Assembly: GCA_963730815.1 (NCBI GenBank)
Contig: CAVSTD010000011.1
Coordinates: forward strand, 41,168 to 105,167
Direction: 5' to 3'
From: an uncultured Thermoplasmata archaeon
GTDB taxonomy: Archaea; Thermoplasmatota; Thermoplasmata; Lutacidiplasmatales; UBA184
DNA: 64,000 bases
Below the pieces are notes generated by a model. The model did no database searches and was not told where the DNA came from. It was given only the letters and a program-made list of their open reading frames with translations. Below, piece by piece: positions 57,746-64,000 of this stretch (position 1 is its first letter; each line of letters starts with the position of its first letter). A program made the translations under genes and the position numbers.

Positions 57746-59509
57746 GTGGGCGAGCTGAGAGAGCCGATCGTCTCGTTGCTCGGGCACGTCGACCACGGGA
57801 AGACGACGCTGCTCGACCGGATCTCGGGAAGCGTTCGGGCCGCGAAAGAACCGGGCGGGATCACGCAGCACATCGGCGCGATCGAGGTCCCGGGTTCCAC
57901 CGTCCGGCGACTCTGCGAGGGGATCCTCCGCTCCGACCAGTTGCGAGTCCCCGGGCTCCTCTTCGTGGACACTCCGGGCCACCGTTCCTTCGAGACCCTG
58001 CGGCGGCGGGGCGGCGCGCTCGCGGACCTCGCGATCCTGGTAATCGACGCGCGCGAGGGGGTCATGCCGCAGACCCGCGAATCCGCCCAGATCCTTCGCC
58101 GGGAGAAGACTCCCTTCACGGTTGCACTCACCAAGATCGACCTGCTGGGGGGTTGGCGAAAGCCCCAGGGTCCGGTCCCGCTCCTCGAGCAGATCCGTCG
58201 CTCCGGACCCGAGTACCTGAAGCTCCTCGACCAGCGGGTCTACGCGGTCGCGGAAGAGCTCGACGGACTCGGGTTCAGCGCGGAACGATACGACCGCGTG
58301 AGCGATTTCACGCGGAACGTCGGGATCGTCCCGATCTCGTCGAAATCCGGAATCGGCGTCCCCGAACTGATCGCCCTCGTGGTCGGGCTCTCCCAACGGT
58401 TCCTCGAAGAGGAGCTCGAACTGATCACCGAGGGGGGAGAGGCGACGATCCTCGAACGTAGCGACCAGAAGGGGGTCGGCCCCGTCGGGAACGTGATCGT
58501 CTACCGGGGTCGCCTCAACGTCGGGGACGAGATCGTCGCGACCGGCCGAGAGGAACCGTTCGCGACCCGGATCCGGGGGATCTACCGACCAGTGCCCCTC
58601 AAGGAAGGTCGCGCGACCAAGCAGGTCCGCCTCGATTCCCTTTCGCAAGTGCACGCGGCCGCGGGCGTCTACCTCTCCGCCCCCGGAATCGAGGACGCGA
58701 TGCCCGGCGGTCTTCTCAAGGTGGTCCGAAACGAGGAGGACAAAACGAGGGTCCGAGAGGAGCTGGCGCGGGAAAGTCAGCCGGTGGCGGAGGTGGCGTT
58801 GACCGGGGTCGCGATCTACGCCGACACGCTCGGGGGACTCGAAGCGTTGGCGTTCGAATGTCGCGAGCGAGGCATCCCGGTGCACGAGGCCGGGGTCGGC
58901 CCCGTGGGCCGCCCGACGATCATGCGAATGGCCATTGTGAAGGACCCCACGCATCGCGCCGTGCTCGCGTTCGCGGTTCCAATCCTTCCCGACGCGATTC
59001 CCGAAGGCGAGACCGCCGCGGTGCGAGTGTTCCGGGCCGACGTGATGTACCGGCTCATCGAGGAATACGACACGTGGCGAACCGACCGCAAGCGAGAGCT
59101 CGAGGTCCAGCGGCGCCTCGAGCACGTCCATCCGGCCAAGCTCGAAATCCTTCCCGGATTCATCTTCCGGGCCTCGAAGCCGGCGATTGTCGGCATCAAG
59201 GTTCGCGGGGGGACGTTGCGCCCGGGCGTTCGGCTCATGCACCCGGACGGGACGGAGGTCGGGGTCCTGAAATCGCTACAGAAGGAGGGCGAGTCGGTCT
59301 CCGAGGCCGAGGAGAATGCCGAAGTGGCGGCGTCGATCGACGGGGCCGTGGTCGGTCGGAACCTGAAGGAAGGCGACTTGCTCCTCGTGTCGTTGACGGA
59401 GAGCGCCGCCCGCTCCCTTCGGGGCCAGCCGCTTTCCCCGTCCGAGCAGGCAATCTTGGACGAAATCATCCGTCTCCACCGGGCGAGCCAACCTTTCTGG
59501 GGCCAATAG
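57746..59509 (+). CDS. infB: Translation initiation factor aIF5B (IF-2)
   Basis: LGHVDHGKT, GGITQHIGA, DTPGH, TKID, DTLGGLEAL, C-terminal PFWG. Confidence 0.95.
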   Translation: MGELREPIVSLLGHVDHGKTTLLDRISGSVRAAKEPGGITQHIGAIEVPGSTVRRLCEGILRSDQLRVPGLLFVDTPGHRSFETLRRRGGALADLAILVIDAREGVMPQTRESAQILRREKTPFTVALTKIDLLGGWRKPQGPVPLLEQIRRSGPEYLKLLDQRVYAVAEELDGLGFSAERYDRVSDFTRNVGIVPISSKSGIGVPELIALVVGLSQRFLEEELELITEGGEATILERSDQKGVGPVGNVIVYRGRLNVGDEIVATGREEPFATRIRGIYRPVPLKEGRATKQVRLDSLSQVHAAAGVYLSAPGIEDAMPGGLLKVVRNEEDKTRVREELARESQPVAEVALTGVAIYADTLGGLEALAFECRERGIPVHEAGVGPVGRPTIMRMAIVKDPTHRAVLAFAVPILPDAIPEGETAAVRVFRADVMYRLIEEYDTWRTDRKRELEVQRRLEHVHPAKLEILPGFIFRASKPAIVGIKVRGGTLRPGVRLMHPDGTEVGVLKSLQKEGESVSEAEENAEVAASIDGAVVGRNLKEGDLLLVSLTESAARSLRGQPLSPSEQAILDEIIRLHRASQPFWGQ

Positions 59510-59531
59510 TCGGGCCGGCTCGAGCCGAGGC

Positions 59532-60170
59532 TCAGGGCGAGTCTTCCGAGGATTCTAATTCGGGGTCGTCGGGAGGCAGGCTCGGGTGGCGGATGGCCAC
59601 GGGCCCGGCGTTGGGGTCGCGATATACCCCCGTCGGGAGATAGAGTCCCAAAAAGAGCGCGATGCCCCCGATCGTGATCAGCACGATCCCGCCGGCGGCG
59701 ATGAGCCCCCAACTCCAGGCCGGCACCGGCGACGCCGGGGTGTACGACACGGAAATAACGGCGGAGAATCGCAGGTCGTTATTTCCGGAATTGGTGACGA
59801 TCAGAAGAAAGGCCGACCCAGAGGCCGAGGAGACGGTCCCTTGGCCCTGCTCGGCGGCCGTCCAGTTGATCAGCGGGCTGCCGGTCGGACAGAACCCGCC
59901 CGGAGCCGTGCAGGTGGTCGTGGGCCACAGGGCCACGCCGGCCGGTCCGGTGGAGGTCCATGAGACCGAGACCGACCCCGATCCCCCAATCGGCCCTGGA
60001 ACGATCCAGTCCTGGGAGGAGCTCGGCGACAAGTTCGGGTCTTGCGGGCGGAACTGGGCCGTCGTGGTCGAACCGCCGGAGAGGATGAACAAAGTGAGGA
60101 CCAGACCGGCGCCGAGCAGGACGAGAACGACGCCAATGACCACCAATCCGGTTCGCACGTCCGGGCCCAA
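59532..60170 (-). CDS. Membrane protein (two TM helices flanking an extracellular domain)
   Basis: N- and C-terminal hydrophobic helices around a S/T/G-rich beta region with a Cys pair. Confidence 0.7.
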   Translation of the reverse strand: MGPDVRTGLVVIGVVLVLLGAGLVLTLFILSGGSTTTAQFRPQDPNLSPSSSQDWIVPGPIGGSGSVSVSWTSTGPAGVALWPTTTCTAPGGFCPTGSPLINWTAAEQGQGTVSSASGSAFLLIVTNSGNNDLRFSAVISVSYTPASPVPAWSWGLIAAGGIVLITIGGIALFLGLYLPTGVYRDPNAGPVAIRHPSLPPDDPELESSEDSP

Positions 60171-60261
60171 GGGAGACCTCCCAATAGACTTGCGGGGCGA
60201 TTCGGCTTTTGTCAGGCCCCGGTGAGACGCGTATATACTACCCGGGGTTCCATGTTAGAGT

Positions 60262-61218
60262 GTGACAGACGCCGGGGACCGGGTCCCCGCCCGGGACGAG
60301 GCGCCGCCGGCCTGCCCCCTGTGCGGCAGCACTCACCGGATCGTTGACCCGGTGCTCGCGGAGACCCACTGTTCCGAGTGCGGCCTGGTCTTCGACGGTA
60401 CCCCCATCGTCGCGACCGCACCGGCGCCGGCGGAGGCGACCGGGTCCGAGGGAAGCGGCCGGGGGATCGGTCCGTTCGTCCGTCCGGGCGGGACCAAGCG
60501 CGCGCTCGGTTCTACCCTATCGCTCGCTCGCGATGGGCAGGGGAAGCGGCTCGATTGGCACCGTCGCTACGAATTCCAGCACCTCAAGCGCGTGATGCAA
60601 CGGCAGACCTCAAGGACGGTTGACGGCCCACTCGACCGAAGCGCTGCCCGAGGCGAGATCCAAACGGCGGGCGAATCGATGGGATTGCCGGCTGTCGTCT
60701 TGGCGGAGGCGGAGCACGTGTACCGAGAGGCCAAGGTCCGAGGTTTGTTCCGGGGCCGGAGCTTGCCCGCGAGCGTGGGGGCGTGCATCTACGCGGCGTG
60801 CCGGCGCTACTCCATCCCTCGGACTCTCGGCGAGGTCGCCCAAGCGGTCGGGACGCGTCGCTCCGACGTAGGCCGAACCTTCAAGGTCGTCCAGCGCGGC
60901 GCCGGACTCCCGATTCCCGGAGTCGGCACCAAGGCGTTCCTGACCCGCTATGCCCAGGAGCTCGCCCTGTCCCCCCGGGTCCGTTCCACGGTCGAGACGA
61001 TGCTCGACCAGGCGCGCGAAGACCCGGAGCTTTCCGGGCTAAGCCCCCACGGTCTTGTGGCAGCGTTGATCTACCTCGCGGCCGAACAGAACGGAGAGCA
61101 CCGCTCCCGAGCCCAGGTCGCCCGGGTCAGCACGGTCACCGAGGTGACCCTGCGTTCCACCAGCCGTCTCGTCGAGAAGGTATGGGGCCGCGCGGGCGCC
61201 CCCCACGAATCGCCGTAA
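60262..61218 (+). CDS. tfb: Transcription initiation factor IIB paralogue (divergent)
   Basis: Zn ribbon CPLC...CSECGLV; cyclin repeats RGRS...ACIYAACR...PRTL.E and G.SP...AALIYLA...RSRAQVA...VTEVTLR. TATATA at ~60232. Confidence 0.88.
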   Translation: MTDAGDRVPARDEAPPACPLCGSTHRIVDPVLAETHCSECGLVFDGTPIVATAPAPAEATGSEGSGRGIGPFVRPGGTKRALGSTLSLARDGQGKRLDWHRRYEFQHLKRVMQRQTSRTVDGPLDRSAARGEIQTAGESMGLPAVVLAEAEHVYREAKVRGLFRGRSLPASVGACIYAACRRYSIPRTLGEVAQAVGTRRSDVGRTFKVVQRGAGLPIPGVGTKAFLTRYAQELALSPRVRSTVETMLDQAREDPELSGLSPHGLVAALIYLAAEQNGEHRSRAQVARVSTVTEVTLRSTSRLVEKVWGRAGAPHESP

Positions 61219-61222
61219 GTGG

Positions 61223-61447
61223 CTATTTCACGAGATAGTAGCCCGCCGCCTTCTCGCGGACTTTCCGTCGAGCCCAGCCCTTGGATTGGAGCTCCTGCAG
61301 CGCGTTCATGACCATCGTCTTGGGCAGTTTGGCGGATTGCGTGACCCGCTCGGCGGTCCCCATCTTCTCTTCCGAGAGCCAGGCGAGGTCTTTCATCGTC
61401 TTGTAGACCTTGACCGCGTTGGGTGAAACTTCATCCTCGATCCCCAT
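61223..61447 (-). CDS. Small winged-helix protein
   Basis: VYKTMK...TAERVTQSAKLPKTMVMNALQELQSKGW...GYYLVK. Confidence 0.72.
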   Translation of the reverse strand: MGIEDEVSPNAVKVYKTMKDLAWLSEEKMGTAERVTQSAKLPKTMVMNALQELQSKGWARRKVREKAAGYYLVK

Positions 61448-61662
61448 CGAATCCCTCTTCTCTCGCGGACCCCGGGACACTCATAATGATGGCGGCCGCA
61501 CGGAGCGTGGCCTCCGATGGCTTATTTCGCGACCCCGTCTCCCGAGGGCCGAATGTCATTACTCGACCGCCTCCTAAGCTTCCCCCGGCGTGTCGTTCCG
61601 GCCCGTACTTCCTCCCGCTCTACTCGCGGAATACGTTCCACCCGATCGGGCGGGGATGAAGC

Positions 61663-62811
61663 ATGACGACGGCGCGCGCGCACGCCTTCTGGTCGGACCG
61701 GTTCCTCGATTACGACTTCGGCCCGTTCCACCCGTTCTCCGAGCGCAGCCGGGGCCTCGCGACCCGGCTGCTCCAAGCAGCCGTATCGACCGCACATTCC
61801 GGATCTCTTGCCTGGACCCATTCGGTCGAGGTGGCGAGTCGTTCGACCCTGGAGTCGTTCCATCGGGCTGAGTACGTGGATTTCGTCCAGACTGCGAGCG
61901 GTCTCGATAGGCAGGTCCTGCTCGACGCCGGCGACACTCCTTCCTTCGGCGGATGTTTTGAGGCCGCGGCGAGGCTCGTGCAGGGCGCCGTAGACGCCCT
62001 CGACTTCACGATCGAGCATCGACGTCCCGCCTTCCATCCGGGAGGCGGCCTTCATCACGCCCATCCCGGCCGCGCCAGCGGATTCTGTATCTTCAACGAC
62101 GTCGCGGTCGCCGTGGCCCGAGGTCTGCGTCACCGTCATCGCGTGGCGTACGTCGACATCGACGCGCACCACGGGGACGGCGTGATGTATGGTTTCTACG
62201 AATCCGGTCGCGTCCTCGACATCGATTTCCATCAGGACGGCCGCACGCTGTTTCCGGGCACGGGCTTCCCGCACGAGGTCGGTCGCGAGGACGGCGCCGG
62301 GTTGAAGGCGAACATCCCGCTCCCACCAGGGGCCGGAGACGAGGCCCTCCTGCCGATCTTCCGTCGGGTCGTGCCACCGCTCCTTCGATGGTTCCGGCCG
62401 AACGTCATCGTGCTGCAACACGGAGTCGACGGCCACTTTGGCGACGAACTCGCTCGCCTCCAATATTCCCCTGCCGCCTACGCGGAGATCGATCGGACGA
62501 TCCTCTCATTGGCCGAGGAGCTGACCGACGGCCGGCTCCTCGTGACCGGAGGGGGCGGATATCGCCCCGAGTCGGTGAGCCGAGTTCTCGCCCGGACCGG
62601 GTTGATCCTCGCCGGAGTCCCGGTCCCGGCGGGTCGGGCAGCCCTTCCGGCGGCCTGGCAAAAGGAATTCCATGACACCTTCGGAATCGACGCTCCGAAG
62701 ACCTGGGAGGACTCCCCCGCGCTCGACCCTTCTCCCTGGACGGTCGAAGACGAGAGAAGCCTGATCGGACAGCTCGAGGCCAAGCTCGGCGAGCGATTCC
62801 CGGCTCCCTAG
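61663..62811 (+). CDS. Histone deacetylase family protein (AcuC-like)
   Basis: HPF...R, GDTP, GGGLHHA, GFCIFND, DIDAHHGDG, FPGTG, GGGGY. Confidence 0.92.
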   Translation: MTTARAHAFWSDRFLDYDFGPFHPFSERSRGLATRLLQAAVSTAHSGSLAWTHSVEVASRSTLESFHRAEYVDFVQTASGLDRQVLLDAGDTPSFGGCFEAAARLVQGAVDALDFTIEHRRPAFHPGGGLHHAHPGRASGFCIFNDVAVAVARGLRHRHRVAYVDIDAHHGDGVMYGFYESGRVLDIDFHQDGRTLFPGTGFPHEVGREDGAGLKANIPLPPGAGDEALLPIFRRVVPPLLRWFRPNVIVLQHGVDGHFGDELARLQYSPAAYAEIDRTILSLAEELTDGRLLVTGGGGYRPESVSRVLARTGLILAGVPVPAGRAALPAAWQKEFHDTFGIDAPKTWEDSPALDPSPWTVEDERSLIGQLEAKLGERFPAP

Positions 62812-63875
62812 AGACGCGTTCCCCACGTGGGGCGGTCGAGCCAGTCCTGGTCGGTGCTGCGGATCCCGAGCTCGATGTCCGCGACGGAAAGTCTCGCCCC
62901 ATCCTCCCCCCGCAACTTTGCGCGAATGGCCCCCCGAGCAAGCACGTCGGACCCGATCGAATGCAGGTCGTCGAGCGCCGCGTCGACCACGGTACCCTCA
63001 CCGCCCGACAGCATCTCTAACTGAACGGCCCCGAGGAAGCTGTCGCGGGCCAGCCAGTATTGTAGGTAACCCGACAGCAAGGCTTCGGCGTTGCCGTCGA
63101 GGGCGGGCGGTCGGTCGGGCGGGACCACGTGCCCGACCGGACTCGAGCCTCCCTCGGCCGAAAGCTCGAGCACTTCCCAGGCGCCGAGGCCTTGGGCCAG
63201 GGCAACGGGTCCGGCGCGTCCGTCGTAGTACATCGGAAGGAATTCGAGGCCGCCGTCCGCTTCCGGGGGAACGTCGGGAGAATATTCTCCCAGTCGCGGG
63301 ATCAGGTTACGAGCGGATAGGTCCCGTCGGACCCGATCTTCCTCGACCCATCGACACTGCGTCTCGAGCTCTCTCATAACTCGTCTCCGCCTTCGTCCGG
63401 CCTCGGTGAGAGTCCGACCGACCGCTGGGGTGACCCGCTGGCGCACCGACGAAAGTTCCGCTTCGAGTCCCGAGAAAGACCGCGGCCGGTCGGTGGCGGC
63501 GAACGACGGTAGCGTCTGAAGGGAGAGCCCGGGGCAGGAGAGCACCACGGTCGCTTGCAGTCGGATCCCAGCGTGAACCGAGATCGGGAACTCGCGGCAG
63601 GGGGCCGGGCGGGCACGGTGGACCCCGCAACGCAGGTCGTTCAGGAACTGGCAGGCACCGCCGTCCGGCCGAGCGGCCAACCGTCGTTCCTTGTCAACGG
63701 AGAGGATCGAAACCTCCGGCGCTAAAGCGCGGATACGCGGTTCATCGTCTCGGTCGAGTCGAGGGGAAGTGAAACAACACAGACCGCACCCCGGGAGACA
63801 GGCGAAGGAGAATCCAGAAAGCAGGGTGAGATCCAGCTCGGTTGGGGCGGACTCTGAGGGCTTCACGGAATCCAT
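62808..63875 (-). CDS. YkgJ-family cysteine-cluster protein
   Basis: FACLPGCGLCC, GACQFL...CGVHRARPAPCREFP, CPG. Confidence 0.82.
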   Translation of the reverse strand: MDSVKPSESAPTELDLTLLSGFSFACLPGCGLCCFTSPRLDRDDEPRIRALAPEVSILSVDKERRLAARPDGGACQFLNDLRCGVHRARPAPCREFPISVHAGIRLQATVVLSCPGLSLQTLPSFAATDRPRSFSGLEAELSSVRQRVTPAVGRTLTEAGRRRRRVMRELETQCRWVEEDRVRRDLSARNLIPRLGEYSPDVPPEADGGLEFLPMYYDGRAGPVALAQGLGAWEVLELSAEGGSSPVGHVVPPDRPPALDGNAEALLSGYLQYWLARDSFLGAVQLEMLSGGEGTVVDAALDDLHSIGSDVLARGAIRAKLRGEDGARLSVADIELGIRSTDQDWLDRPTWGTRL

Positions 63876-63968
63876 CGATCACCGACCACCGATTTGAGGA
63901 CGCCTCCGGAGCCGGGACGGCGAGGGACGCGGCCGCGTTCTCATAAACTTCGCGAGGTTGGCCGGACT

Positions 63969-64000
63969 ATGGTGCTCCTGGCCAAGAACATCATGGACGC
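63969..64000 (+). CDS. 5' end of a gene (possibly CBS-domain), truncated by the window edge
   Basis: CATAAA box at ~63942, then ATG: MVLLAKNIMD. Confidence 0.45.
   Translation, partial: MVLLAKNIMD

Noticed and set aside
1..64000. CRISPR arrays, integrases/transposases, att duplications of the tRNA 3' ends, defence systems
   Set aside because: None seen by eye. queE lacks dpd neighbours and fits archaeosine synthesis; smc-scpAB is the housekeeping condensin with no JetD-like partner.

Overview
High-GC archaeal chromosome segment. Archaeal markers include egsA, thermosome, TFB, aIF5B, archaeal LeuRS, SMC-ScpAB and a NOG1-like GTPase. The gene set resembles Thermoplasmatota (inference). About 58 tightly packed CDSs are mostly housekeeping, and I saw no CRISPR array, rRNA or mobile element. 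Main observations: (1) two tRNA genes, Pro(TGG) and Asp(GTC), both interrupted by short introns at non-canonical positions (D-loop and T-loop) with BHB-like junctions; (2) a small membrane protein / double-wHTH / exported-protein module marked by three copies of the palindrome TTGGACCAA; (3) an adjacent glycosylation cluster with unusual fusions (GT2 + nucleotidyltransferase; split-barrel-like domain + SAM methyltransferase) and a WNG-repeat exported protein; (4) a Grs/Gms-like radical SAM protein, a PfkA-family phosphofructokinase with a PPi-type signature, and a divergent TFB. Five conserved genes carry single-indel frameshifts that look like long-read assembly errors. All product calls come from motif recognition, not database searches.
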